DNA of 40,250 nt from Tubiluchus corallicola (GCA_030141605.1 JAQGDQ010001456.1:1-40250); one strand, 5' to 3'; positions 12,646 through 26,333 are shown, counted from the first letter of the stretch. A program made the numbers and translations. The notes: generated by a model not told the origin, from the letters alone.

Positions 12646-12971
12646 TTATTATAAATGTAACAACATTAGGTAAAGATGCGTATGAAGCCTATATAAAAGC
12701 AGACTAGACTTCACTAATGAAGTCAGGAACTGCACTGAGGTTTTGGCTCACGGTACGGGTTCCCGTCTGCAAGTATTAATGACGTATTTGACCATTTTTA
12801 ACTAGTGTTGTTATTATAAATGTAACAACATTAGGTAAAGATGCGTATGAAGCCTATATAAAAGCAGACAAGACTTCACTAATGAAGTCAGGAACTGCAC
12901 TGAGGTTTTGGCTCACGGTACGGGTTCCCGTCTGCAAGTATTAATGACGTATTTGATCATTTTTAACTAGT
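12646..12971. repeat. Tandem duplication, 2 x ~161 bp (period 165)
   Basis: 12646-12806 and 12811-12971 are nearly identical. Confidence 0.9.
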
Positions 12972-13690
12972 TTCATTTTCACTACGCGTGGTAGTGCGAG
13001 CTAAGCCTTTATTCATCCCCTGATAATTTAATTTGTTCATTCTGCCGTGATCTGAAGCAATTGGACTTGAAATTAAGATATGCTGGACGTTTGGACATTG
13101 GACTTGTCATCTTGGACAATGATGTCTATCGATCAGACGGTAAAGTAATTCCTTGCTTAATCACGTGACTTGAATTGAATTATCGGTGGGGAAGCAACGT
13201 ATTAAAATAAAATCGTTCATTCTATTTAAACGATTTTATTTACTCGGGAAAGAAGATTATTTGGTTTACTTATTGGGCTGGGTAAGTTATTTATATACCA
13301 GTTAAGCCAAATCTGCACGAGATTGTTCAGTTTTGCTCTGTGATGATATTGTAGGTTTAGCTGCTGTCATCATTAGAAGACAAATGTATAAATGTAAATT
13401 ATGTGTCATGTGTCATTCTCTGATCTATGCATTTGATAAATTATTTTGACGAATCAATAAGACTTCAGTAATTTCCTGGAAGCTTTTTGCATTACATAGT
13501 CAACTCTTCGAACGTAGAGAATGTCTGCATAATGTGACACGATTAACATGAACCCAGCAATAGGTAGAGAGAGTTTTTAAAACTGTTTGTTACACGTGTA
13601 AAAACGATCTTCGCCAACCTTGAACTTTTTACATGATGCTACGTGAGGATATGTGGGTTAATTTCTATTTCATAATCTTCAGTCGGTTTA

Positions 13691-14525
13691 TATAATATAA
13701 TATAATATAATATAATATAATGTAATGTAATGTAATGTAATGTAATGTAATGTAATGTAATGTAATGTAATGTAATGTAATATAATGTAATGTAATGTAA
13801 TATAATATAATATAATATAATATAATATAATATAATATAATATAATATAATATAATATAATATAATATAATATAATATAATATAATATAATATAATATAA
13901 TATAATATATTATAATGTAATGTAATGTAATGTAATGTAATGTAATGTAATGTAATGTAATACAATACAATACAATACAATACAATACAATACAATACAA
14001 TACAATACAATACAATACAATACAATACAATACAACACAACACAACACAACACAACACAACACACAACACCACACCACACAACACAACACAACACACAAC
14101 ACAACACAACACAACACAACACAACTTAACCTAACATAACATAACATAACATAACATAACACAACACAACTTAACCTAACATAACATAACATAACATAAC
14201 ATAACATAACATAACATAACATAACATAACATAACATAACATAACATAACATAACATAACATAACATAACATAACATAACATAACATAACATAACATAAC
14301 ATAACATAATATAACATAACATAACATAACATAACATAACATAACATAACATAACATAACATAACATAACATAACATAACATAACATAACATAACATAAC
14401 ATAACATAACATAACATAACATAACATAACATAACATAACATAACATAACATAACATAACATCACATCACATCACATCACATAACATAACATAATATAAC
14501 ATAACATAACATAATACAATATAAC
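13691..14525. repeat. Compound pentanucleotide microsatellite
   Basis: Successive blocks of TAATA, TAATG, CAATA, CAACA, TAACA and TCACA. Confidence 0.97.
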
Positions 14526-14530
14526 ATCCG

Positions 14531-14563
14531 GTTTAGGGTTAGGGTTAGGGTTAGATCTTAGGG
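14531..14563 (+). repeat. Short interstitial TTAGGG tract
   Basis: gtttagggttagggttagggttagatcttaggg. Confidence 0.7.
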
Positions 14564-14937
14564 CTATTAGATGTGTTTATTGCGCTAAAAAGTTCCAAAA
14601 AACAGCAGATTTGATAACTGTTTCAAATTTCAAGATCGTGATTTAGTAAACACCATTGTGTATAACTTAAGCAATCATATTACTGCTACTCCCATTATAA
14701 GAAGGTGAAACACTTATTATCTTGAATTATTGACAAATTCTATAGTTATATAAGCCAATATAATAAATTATGTATTGAAACTCGTAATTTTCTGCTAATT
14801 CCGCGATTGGTAGCTTAATCAGGATTTCCAGTTCTCAGGAAATTTCCCTTTTTCACGTTTGGACTTTGTCAGGAAGTTGTATGGAAGAAATTGTTTTTTG
14901 CCAAGAAAGTTGCTAGCATGCAGTTTCTTAAAATACA

Positions 14938-15055
14938 TGTCAGGTTTGATGAAACAGGTTTGATGAAACAACTGCGCATGTCAGGTTTGATGAAACAACT
15001 GCGCATGTCAGGTTTGATGAAACAACTGCGCATGTCAGGTTTGATGAAACAACTG
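14938..15055. repeat. 27-bp tandem repeat, ~4 copies
   Basis: Unit atgtcaggtttgatgaaacaactgcgc. Confidence 0.9.
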
Positions 15056-15401
15056 GGAAAAGATTTTTTAAAGGAAAACATTTCGGCAGTGATTCAAAAC
15101 AAATTTTTTACTAGTATTTCAGAAGAAAACTTTTTTAAAAAAAAATTTCTCATTTTCTGCAATTTTTGAATAAGTTTCATCATCCCATCCCACTGAATAT
15201 TGAAAAACGTGTTTTCTAAACGCCCAGTCATTTATTTTGTTGGCTCGGGTGTTAATCCTAAAAAATTGTTACGTTTCTTGGTTTCACTAAAAAAGAAAGA
15301 GCAAGAAGACACAGGAAATTTAATTTTAGTGTAATAATCGGTTTCATTTAACGTGTTTCTTTACACCCACCTACCCACTAAAATTGTCACGAGCTAAATT
15401 G

Positions 15402-15723
15402 TATATATATATATAATAATCCTTATTTGCCATTAAAATACATTGATAATCACTGATAAAAGCTTTACAGAGATGATCAATCAGTGTTAGTTAATAAAAA
15501 CTTACACTTCTAAAGGCAAATGCGTCAGTGCAATCTAAACTACTGTGCAGTAATGAAAAGTAACGACGAATAAAATCAAACGTATTTACAACTATGCACA
15601 AAAAATGAAAAAACTATGATTTAATTAATATGGCCGTGGATATATGAATTCTGAATTAGTGTGTATGTTGTCGTACTGGTGTGATTGTATTTCATATCTG
15701 GTTAATATTAGTGATTTTAATTT
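15402..15723 (-). mobile_element. Dispersed repeat, probable retroelement 3' UTR (inverted partner of 29713-30048)
   Basis: Reverse complement of 29713-30048 with scattered mismatches; ends in an AATAA(G)-gattatt-(TA)n tail on the minus strand. Confidence 0.7.
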
Positions 15724-16588
15724 TGTTTTAAATGCTGGTTTGTCACACGTCCTTAATTCTAGCTCCTTAAACATGGTGAATTAAGGACGCGATGTGTTTC
15801 CCTAATTTAACGAGCTATAGAGGAAAGTAAACATGGCTTCTCCCAGGCGAGATGAACTTTCACAGCAATATCAGCGAAACAAAGGACTGATAAGGTAAAT
15901 AGGAATGAATTCGTCGAGCAAACTGATAGTAATATGATTAGTGGGGTGATCTTAATGTCACAATAATTTTGTCATTTATTAGACGTGGCATGGTTTGGTG
16001 GTATAACTGAATCAATAGCGTTAGTAAGATGCCCTACTTTTGTTATATCAGTGCAGTGCAGCGCGTTTAGTCTCCTAGTTTGTCTATTTCAGAATGTAAC
16101 AGAATGTTAAAAGTTCTTCCGTTTTAAGAACTAGTTCCGATTCGTGCTTTTTTGGCAAGAAGAAAAGCAAATTTCAGTTCCAAGTTACACAATGACGAAA
16201 AAAACTAATTCGAGCCACTGGATTCTCTTGTTTTGTACTAAAGGAACTTAATTCAGTTTCTGTTTACTGCACCGTTTTCTTTCAAATTCTGCTTTTAGCG
16301 AGTACAGAAAAATCCAACGCAAACGACTTAAACATAGCTGGCATCTTTCGAATTTTCCTTCCAACAACATTTTTGCTTTTCTGTGGGCTGCCTAACCAGG
16401 GGAAAATTAAAATTAACAAATTATTTTCTATTCGAAGTTCCATTTTGTTATGATGAGCCATAGTTCAACTTCTAAATATCTGAAACAGGAATTAATTTCA
16501 AAAACTTAGTTCCACTGGCTACTTCCTTTGCAATCCTGGAATTAAGACGTTTGTTCTACAATAACAAGATCAGCTTCTTCATACAAAC

Positions 16589-16836
16589 CTCATTGAGTAA
16601 AGAATTTCTCCATAGGCAGAAATCCTCAAGAATTTATTAGGCGTGGTGATGGTGTGCAGATATGAGTTCTTTCCATTGTAAAAATACGTGTCCGGTTTCC
16701 ATATCCGGTCCAGCATTTTAATGCTCACTGAAAGATTGAAGTTCGGATCTTGTTTGAGTAAATTTGGAACGAGGTGTGCAAACTGCAGACGCTGGTCTAC
16801 CCACGTTTGACGAAAATAACAGTCCATTGAATACGA
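16589..16836 (-). CDS. Cys-loop receptor exon (loops D, A, E), 248 bp
   Basis: tttgcag|TCG TAT...ATG AG|gtttgt encodes SYSMDCYFRQTWVDQRLQF...IWKPDTYFYNGKNSYLHTITTPNKFLRISAYGEILYSM(R). Contains the hallmark YFRQxWxDxRL and IWxPDTxFxN motifs. Confidence 0.96.
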
Positions 16837-17129
16837 CTGCAAATGAATAAAGATGTAATGAAGGTTAGTTAGTGGATTAAAATATTATCTAAGATTATCA
16901 GACATACATCTAGGTAGAATGCCCATTTCAAAAATGACAAAATTTTAATGAAACTCTAGTGGGATATTATTTCCGTCTGAAACAAGTGATAATCTCCTTA
17001 CTGTCACGCACCGTTGAAAAGCTGTAATTTTTTTACACAATGAAATGTAAGTTTTAACATCTGAATCACAAAAATTGTAATGTGAAGTTGAATGTGATCC
17101 AATTTGATGTGAAGGACAAGTTGGAGACC

Positions 17130-18925
17130 AAGCTAATGTGACGTAACGTAACATAATGTATTGTAATGTAGTGTAGAGTTATGTAATGCAACGTAACGTA
17201 ATGTATTGTAATGTAACGTAATGTATTGTGACGTAACGTAACCTAATGCAATGTATTGTAATGTAACGAAACGAACCGTAATGTAACGTAACGTAACGTA
17301 ACGTACCGTAACACAACGCAACGCAACGTAACGTAACGCAATGTAATGCAATGTATTGTAATGCAACGTAATATAACGTAACGTAATGCACTGTAATGTA
17401 ACGTAACGCAATTTAACATTATGTCATGTCAAGTCATTTTTATGTCATGTAATGTAATGTAACGTAACGTAACGTAATGCAATGTAACGTAACGCAATGT
17501 AATGCAACGTATTGTAATGTAATGTAACGAAACGAAACGAAACGTAACGTAACGTAATGTAACGTAACGTAACGTAACGTAATGCAATGTATTGTAATGT
17601 AACGTAATGTAACGAAACGAAACGTAACATAACGTAACGTAACGTAACGTAATGCAATGTATTGTATTGTAATGCAACGCAATATAACGTAACGTAAGGT
17701 AACATAATGTAACGTAACATAACCTAATGTAACGTAATGCACTGTAATGTAACGTAACGCAATTTAACATTATGTAATGTATTGTAATCTAATGTTATGT
17801 AATGTAATTTAACGTAACGTAACGTAATGTCATGTCATGTCATGTCATGTCGTCATTTTTATGTCATGTAATGTAATGTAACGCAACGTAACGTAATGCA
17901 ATGTAATGTAACGCAATGTAATGCAACGTATTGTAATGTAATGTAATGTAATGTAATGTAATGTAATGTAATGTGATGTAATGTAATGTAATGTAACGTA
18001 ACGTAACGTAACGTAACGTAATGTAATGTAACGTAACGTAACGTAATGCAATGTATTGTAATGTAACGTAATGTAACGAAACGAAACGAAACGTAACATA
18101 ACGTAACGTAACGTAACGTAACGTAATGCAATGTATTGTATTGTAATGCAACGTAATATAACGTAACGTAAGGTAACGTAATGTAACGTAACATAACCTA
18201 ATGTAACGTAATGCACTGTAATGTAACGTAACGCAATTTAACATTATGTAATGTATTGTAATCTAATGTTATGTAATGTAATTTAACATAACGTAACGTA
18301 ATGTCATGTCATGTCATGTCAAGTCATTTTATGTCATGTAATGTAATGTAAAGTAACGTAACGTAATGCAATGTAATGTAACGCAATGTAATGCAACGTA
18401 TTGTAATGTAATGTAATGTAATGTAATGTAATGTAATGTAATGTAATGTAATGTGATGTAATGTAATGTAATGTAATGTAACGTAATGTAATGTAACGTA
18501 ACGTAACGCAATGTAATGTAACGTAATGTAATGTAATGTATTGTAATGTAATGTAATGTAATGTAATGTAATGTAATGTAATGTGATGTAATGTATTGTA
18601 ATCTAATGTTATGTAATGTAATTTAACATAACGTAACGTAATGTATTGTAATGTAACGTACCGTACCGTACCGTAACATAATGTAACTTAACGTAACGTA
18701 ATGTAATGTAACGAAACGTGACGTAACGCAATGTGATGTAATGTAACGTAACGTAACGTAACGTAATGCAATGTATTGTAATGTAACCTAACGTAACGTA
18801 ACGTTATGTAACATAATGTCACATAATGTAATTTATTGTAATGTAATGTAATGTAACGTATCGTAACGTAATGTAATGTAATATTATCTAATGTTATGTA
18901 ATCTAATGTGATGTAAAGTTACGTA
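17130..18925. repeat. Degenerate (GTAAT/GTAAC)n pentamer array with higher-order duplications
   Basis: Marker 'gtcatttt(t)atgtcatg' recurs near 17433, 17852 and 18323, with shared variant strings between them. Confidence 0.95.
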
Positions 18926-20969
18926 ATTTAAAATTTAGTTCCGCCTCAAAGAAAATACAATTACAAAATTTGTCATGAAAAATACACACACAGTCTAGCT
19001 AGAAGAATAAAAAGAAAAATATTCATTCATTTGCATGTCATAATTAAAGGAGAAGAGATTGCTCTTTTGTACTGAGAAGAATTCAGTTTGATCAGATAGC
19101 ACGAAGCTTTAATACTTTTAATCTTATGAGTCAGAGCCACCTGTCGGAGTTTTGTCAAATAGTTATTATGAAAATATCTTTGAACCTGGGTATTTACACT
19201 TGTAACTTTAATGGGAATTTTTGCCATTATCATAGCTGTCGCAAAGAGTAATAACTGTCATAATTTTGAACAATGGTTACAGTACTACTAATGTGCCTTA
19301 TACAAATTGTGTCAAAAACACTGACTGTAATTATGCGAATTTTAGTAAATAAGTAAACAAATTGTGACAGAGCAATTAGTGACGTCATCATACACCACAT
19401 TGTTACTGTCATCACTTTGGCACGTGTTAGGCGAAATCAACTAAAGCTCCCACGTCAATAACACAAGCTGCTTTCTAAACCCGCTTACACGGATTAGCTT
19501 TTTCAAAGTTACTGCTGAGGGTTTACTGAGATAAAAAAATTTGCTAACAATATAGCGGTACAGCAATTGTAAAAAGGGCACCTTGCTATAACTTGGTAGC
19601 ATAGATGTTAAGAACGCTTTGAATTGTTATACATTAACTTTACACAATGTGCCAGTGCAATGGTAAATTATGCAAACATTAAACAGATTTATAGTAACGA
19701 AGTTATTTTAATTCGTAATGGTCATTAAAAATGTTTTAGTAAAAGGTCTTCTGGCTTTCGTTTTTATCAAACTTTAGATATTGGTGCTTTAGAAGAGGCT
19801 TGTTTTTGAAATAATTTCATATATTATGTTTTCTCAAAAACGAAATGGGAAATAACTGACGTAGGTGGATAGGTAAGGCAGTTAGGCAGGTAGGTTAGTA
19901 AGGCCGTAGATGAGTGAACAGGAAGGTATGTCTTGTGACCAAAGATTGCGAGTTCGAGTATGAAGTTGACTGTTTTGATTTCATGGTGCCTTAGAGCAAG
20001 GTCGTTCACTATGGGTTGCTTCCCCAAGTAAACCCGAAATGAACAATATACTTTATAGACCGGGGGCTACTGTATTCTTGAATTATTCTGAGATGGGACA
20101 ACTTTAAGAGCAGAATGCTATGAGGGGGGCATTATGTACTTTGAGCTGTTCTGAAATGCGACAGCTTTAAGAGTAGTACGCTATAAGGGACCATTCAAAT
20201 TTTTTTACTACAAAGTAAATGAACACAATGATCCCTAGACAAAGTAATTGTTTGCTTACGTGGATTCAACATGAAATAACCCTTTGTTTGCCATGCATAA
20301 AATTGCATTAACAAGGGTTTTTGGGTGTACTGCCACAAATGGGTCCATAGCACCAAAAAGGTCCACCTGAAAATTAATACTGCTACCCAAGCGCCAAGGT
20401 TCCCCCTATCATCTGATGTAGGTCATCAGACCGAACGAACGAAATTCATTTTCCTGGTCTGACCTTGGGCTCCCCCGGTTTGTAAATAAGCCACATGAAC
20501 TTATTCTCAGATCGGTATATGTGCACATGTTAAGTTTACAGACAATAAGCCAACAAGAGAAGCGGTGAATGGTCTAGGATGTTCAGGTAGGTAATGCAAC
20601 AGGTACATTTATGAATAACATACCGGTAGCATTCAAAAGGAGTCGATACACAGGAGAAGGTATGACGTGTTCTTATCTATGGTTTACATTTTACATGTTT
20701 GTTCTCACTAAGGTTTCCCTCATTGTTTTCAAGCGGGCCAACCACGAGACGTTACATCCTCTAGACTTATCAAGGCAGCAGTCTTTGTGAATAAACATAT
20801 TAATAAGCAAGAAATATTTATGTTAAATGTTCTATAAAGTTTCTAACAAAGTTACTAATGTTGTCGAGACGTTACAGAAGGAAACGGTAAAAACGACAAG
20901 ATTTTGTTCTTAGTTTATTGTGCAAAGTTTGCAGTGAAAGCAAACAAGGAATATAATGGATCTACTCAC

Positions 20970-21037
20970 CATATCTTGTTCAGAAACAGGTCCCATACTT
21001 CGTATATTGAAAAATACTTTAATTTGCACAGGTTGGC
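20970..21037 (-). CDS. Cys-loop receptor exon (beta1 strand), 68 bp
   Basis: Not in the ORF track in this frame; read by hand. tttacatag|GC CAA CCT...GAT ATG|gtgagt gives (G)QPVQIKVFFNIRSMGPVSEQDM. Length and phases match the conserved 68-bp GABA-A receptor exon. Confidence 0.95.
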
Positions 21038-21514
21038 CTATGTAAAAAAAACCGTAAATCATTAGTGAGCTTCATTATTTGTTCTTTGTCAAATTTAGTG
21101 GCCGGATTTATGTGTGACCGAATGACCGATTGACCGCTTCGGGTAAATGACGTGTGATTACTGAGTTGAATAATCACTCCGGGTGATATCATTCGCTTTT
21201 CTGATCCAGTCTGTTTACCTTGTAGTGGGAGATGAATAAACATCTAAATCTGAGTGAGACACCTCATCTTGTGGTTCATCTTTGAGCACTGGCGTTGGCT
21301 CTGGTGTCGCCATAAACTAACCCCCCCCAGCTTGCAGTGTGACAAAGTTTGTAAAGAAACGAGTTTATGGTGTAATCGTTCTACACCTTTAATTAACATT
21401 TATTGTGAGGTGTGGCTTCCTGGCTATAAGAAAACCTGCTGTATGCTGTAATAGATTATTAAATTTATATTCCAATTTCCCAGCTACGTGATTGTACAAA
21501 AACTCTGTATGACA

Positions 21515-21587
21515 GGCCGCGTGGCCTAATGGATAAGGCGTCTGACTTCGGATCAGAAGATTGAGGGTTCGAGTCCCTCCGTGGTCA
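21515..21587 (+). tRNA. tRNA-Arg(TCG)
   Basis: GGCCGCGTGGCCTAATGGATAAGGCGTCTGACTTCGGATCAGAAGATTGAGGGTTCGAGTCCCTCCGTGGTCA folds into a complete cloverleaf. Anticodon TCG at 21548-21550; A and B boxes intact; no encoded CCA. Confidence 0.97.
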
Positions 21588-21594
21588 TTTTTTT
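21588..21594 (+). terminator. RNA polymerase III terminator (T7)
   Basis: Run of 7 T immediately after the tRNA discriminator base. Confidence 0.85.
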
Positions 21595-22112
21595 AACAAA
21601 ACAAAGTGTTAATAACTGGGAGAAGATATAATCACGTGACATCATTCTGTCCAGTCTTTACGTTCACGTATCATATAAAGCCATTCGCCATGCATTCTGC
21701 GATGTCATTCAGTGTTTGTTGAAACAAATTCTATACAGCTACTGATACTGATACATATACTGATGAAAACATTTCAAACTACACAACACGCTGAAAGACG
21801 CGTAGAACAAGACAAAGCGTAGCGAAATTGGTTTATGTTGGGAAAATATTGTCTAAACTAACAAACCAACGCAATGCATAGTTTGGAAATACAGTTTGCA
21901 ACACGTCTTACATTTTATTTGAGACAGTTCGGTCTGTAGAAGACGTTCAAAGGAGTGGGAAAAATTCAGATAGTCAACTTACTAAATTCAAGCCACATTA
22001 CCATTGCCTTTGTAAATAGATTTATCAGAAAGTTTCGGTCAGGTAACCAATAAGGAACTTAGCAGTTGTTAGTTTGTTATTTGCATTTGTAACGCTAACA
22101 TATTTACATTAA

Positions 22113-22569
22113 CCCTTTCAGTCCCAAATTATTTTTTTAATAAGAAAAATTTTTTGGTTTGGTACTTTGTTCAGTATGTCCATCTTGTTTACACATAATA
22201 AATATTTTTTCTACCTGTGCCCGCGTGCTAAATATTGCCTGTATCCCACGGGATACATTGGGATTCAATGGAAGCATAAAATTTGCTTCATTTTGCAACT
22301 GCTGATAATTTTTTAAAGTATTTAAGACATTCAGTATGCATGCTATGCTGATCTGTACAAAGTCGTCTCTAAAGTACTGTACCTTGCACAGTTTTTTATG
22401 CTATGTAGATTTTCTAGTTTGTCATTTTATCACCATTTTTAGTCTATTGTTATTGGCTTAAATCAAAGTAACTATTAGCAGATCAAATAACTGTCAGTTT
22501 TAAAATTTTATAAATTTTAAAGGCAGAAAATATTCTCGTATCCCACGGGATACAACGGGCATGAAAGGG
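22113..22569. mobile_element. piggyBac-like MITE copy 2, complete (457 bp)
   Basis: TTAA|CCCTTTCAGTCCC ... GGGCATGAAAGGG|TTAA. A TTAA TSD with CCC/GGG termini is diagnostic of piggyBac; two internal GTATCCCACGGGATAC palindromes. Confidence 0.9.
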
Positions 22570-22638
22570 TTAATTCCCTGAAGTGGAAAAACAAGTAACG
22601 GTAAGGCAAAGATTGGTAGTAAAGTGAGATGATCTTAC

Positions 22639-22841
22639 CCCCAAATCCAGGTCTTAGCTGAGGATCGTAACCATTCAACAGTTGATCTAGCAGTGCTGTA
22701 ATATCCTTATACGCTTGCTCGTCTTTGTCTGGTACGACAGGACTAAACGGTGCCGTAGTATTGAAGTTCTCAAACACGGGCATCATTGTGGGAAGGCGTG
22801 TGGTGATGATTGTCGCTGTTTCCCCGCTGGCGTCAGGGAAT
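22639..22841 (-). CDS. Cys-loop receptor (GABA-A/GRD-like) exon: N-terminal extension and alpha1 helix
   Basis: Acceptor ttttcag|A, donor G|gtaaga. 203 bp encoding FPDASGETAT...AYKDITALLDQLLNGYDPQLRPGFG(G). 'LLDxLLxGYDxxLRPG' is the typical start of a GABA-A-family extracellular domain. Phase 2 in, phase 1 out, in frame with the next exon. Confidence 0.9.
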
Positions 22842-23020
22842 CTGAAAAGAATTTGTTTAGTTGCCATTTACTCGTGTGAGTTCAATATCATTCCAAACAC
22901 TACTTTTTTATTTTTATTTATTTATTATTATTATCACATTCAGTACAATATAATAATGACATTAAGCACACAGTGACATCTAAATTATTACATCTACTGT
23001 ATTAACATCTCCCTATTACA

Positions 23021-23855
<835 letters not shown>

Positions 23856-24357
23856 AACAGCAAAAACATTTCCTGGACACGCCTTATGCAGTTGCTGGTT
23901 TCACGTCAATGACAAGTAATGTTATTTGATCATAGAGGTGGAAACAATTAATTGAGCGAACATAAATGGCTTAGGTGGAAAACGAGACGCTTATTAACTT
24001 GGCTGATATTGCCTGTTTGCCAGCATAAACCACAACCAGGAATGCTCCCCTGGAAGAGCTTATTCATCATTTGTGTTATGAACTTGTTTGATTTGAACGC
24101 TCAGAAACGCTAAAAAGGATGGTTAACATAAGAAGAGCATTAGCACAAAACTTATTCCTCTGAAATGTGAAAAAGCTCTCTCGCTTGTCAATGAACTACT
24201 TCATAAAGAAAATGGACATTAGTGCCGTGGTTATTTTTACAATGCCAGTTCAAACACTTCGCTTTGTGTATACTAGAAACATTATTAGGCACAGAAAGGA
24301 CCTGTAAAAACATAATCGGTTCGACATTTCCAATAACTTCGCTTTGTGTTAGCGGTC

Positions 24358-25660
24358 TGCTAGAAGTAGAAGACTGCATCAGATATGGTTAGCAATTGTC
24401 GACGTGGTCTCTTGTAATACAGTCCTTCTGCCCAAATCATATACTATAAGACCACTAGAAGTAAAAGTCTGCATCAGATATGGTTAGCAATTGTCGACGT
24501 GGTTTCTTGTAATACAGTCCTTCTGCCCAAATCATACTATAAGACCGCTAGAAGTAGAAGACTGCATCAGATATGGTTAGCAATTGTCGACGTGGTTTCT
24601 TGTAATAAAGTCCTTCTGCCCAAATCATACTATAAGACCGCTAGAAGTAGAAGACTGCATCAGATATGGTTAGCAATTGTCGACGTGGTTTCTTGTAATA
24701 AAGTCCTTCTGCCCAAATCATACTATAAGACCACTAGAAGTAGAAGACTGCATCAGATATGGTTAGCAATTGTCGACGTGGTTTCTTGTAATAAAGTCCT
24801 TCTGCCCAAATCATACTATAAGACCACTAGAAGTAGAAGACTGCATCAGATATGGTTAGCAATTGTCGATGTGGTTTCTTGTAATAAAGTCCTTCTGCCC
24901 CAATCATACTATAAGACCGCTAGAAGTAGAAGACTGCATCAGATATGGTTAGCAATTGTCGATGTGGTTTCTTGTAATAAAGTCCTTCTGCCCAAATCAT
25001 ACTATAAGACCACTAGAAGTAGAAGACTGCATCAGATATGGTTAGCAATTGTCGATGTGGTTTCTTGTAATAAAGTCCTTCTGCCCAAATCATACTATAA
25101 GACCGCTAGAAGTAAAAGACTGCATCAGATATGGTTAGCAATTGTCGATGTGGTTTCTTGTAATACAGTCCTTCTGCCCAAATCATACTATAAGACCACT
25201 AGAAGTAGAAGACTGCATCAGATATGGTTAGCAATTGTCGATGTGGTTTCTTGTAATAAAGTCCTTCTGCCCCAATCATACTATAAGACCACTAGAAGTA
25301 GAAGACTGCATCAGATATGGTTAGCAATTGTCGATGTGGTTTCTTGTAATACAGTCCTTCTGCCCAAATCATACTATAAGACCGCTAGAAGTAGAAGACT
25401 GCATCAGATATGGTTAGCAATTGTCGATGTGGTTTCTTGTAATACAGTCCTTCTGCCCAAATCATACTATAAGACCGCTAGAAGTAGAAGANNNNNNNNN
25501 NNNNNNNNNNNNNNNNNNNNNNNNNNNNNNNNNNNNNNNNNNNNNNNNNNNNNNNNNNNNNNNNNNNNNNNNNNNNNNNNNNNNNNNNNNNNGATATGGT
25601 TAGCAATTGTCGATGTGGTTTCTTGTAATAAAGTCCTTCTGCCCAAATCATATACTATAA
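24358..25660. repeat. Minisatellite, 93-bp unit, at least 13 copies, spanning an assembly gap
   Basis: Period 24499 to 24592; the array continues on both sides of the N run. Confidence 0.95.
25492..25592. other. Assembly gap (101 N)
   Basis: N run; true length unknown. Confidence 1.
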
Positions 25661-26026
25661 TTTATTTTGTATCAAGTTTGTTAAGCCATTTGCCACTTAG
25701 CATTTAATCGCTTAAAATTATAATGTCAGTTTTTCAAGAGAATATCTTTAGGCATTTTGTGACATTTCTCACACGACAACTTCGTATTTTGTTCCTTCTG
25801 GTTTTACAAAACTGTAGTTATAATAATATTTTAATTTCCCCGACAGCAGGAATGGAATGGTGTGTAAATAGGGATGATGCCTGCTGTAAATTATGTGGAA
25901 TTTCGTCGATTGAGCCCTGAAGGTGCTCTTAGCGGGACTCGAGTGTGTAATCCGCTTTCATTCCTTAGCACAAACCTAAGAGAGAGGAAACGGAATAAGA
26001 CGAAAGAAAAAACAGAAAAGGCAGAA

Positions 26027-26029
<3 letters not shown>

Positions 26030-26104
<75 letters not shown>

Positions 26105-26123
26105 CAGAAGAGAGAGGAAGAGA

Positions 26124-26171
<48 letters not shown>

Positions 26172-26186
26172 ACAGAAGAGAAAGAA

Positions 26187-26257
<71 letters not shown>

Positions 26258-26287
26258 AACAGAGACAAAGAGCAAGAGAGAGAAAGA

Positions 26288-26333
<46 letters not shown>

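Noticed and set aside
22842-22867. ATG at 22867 as the channel start codon
   Set aside because: In frame, but gives no signal peptide (MATKQILFRFPD) and overlaps a good polypyrimidine/AG acceptor, so it is more likely intronic.
24499-25707. 402-aa ORF with a 31-aa repeat
   Set aside because: Stop-free frame of a 93-bp minisatellite running through an N gap; no unique coding sequence or splice context.
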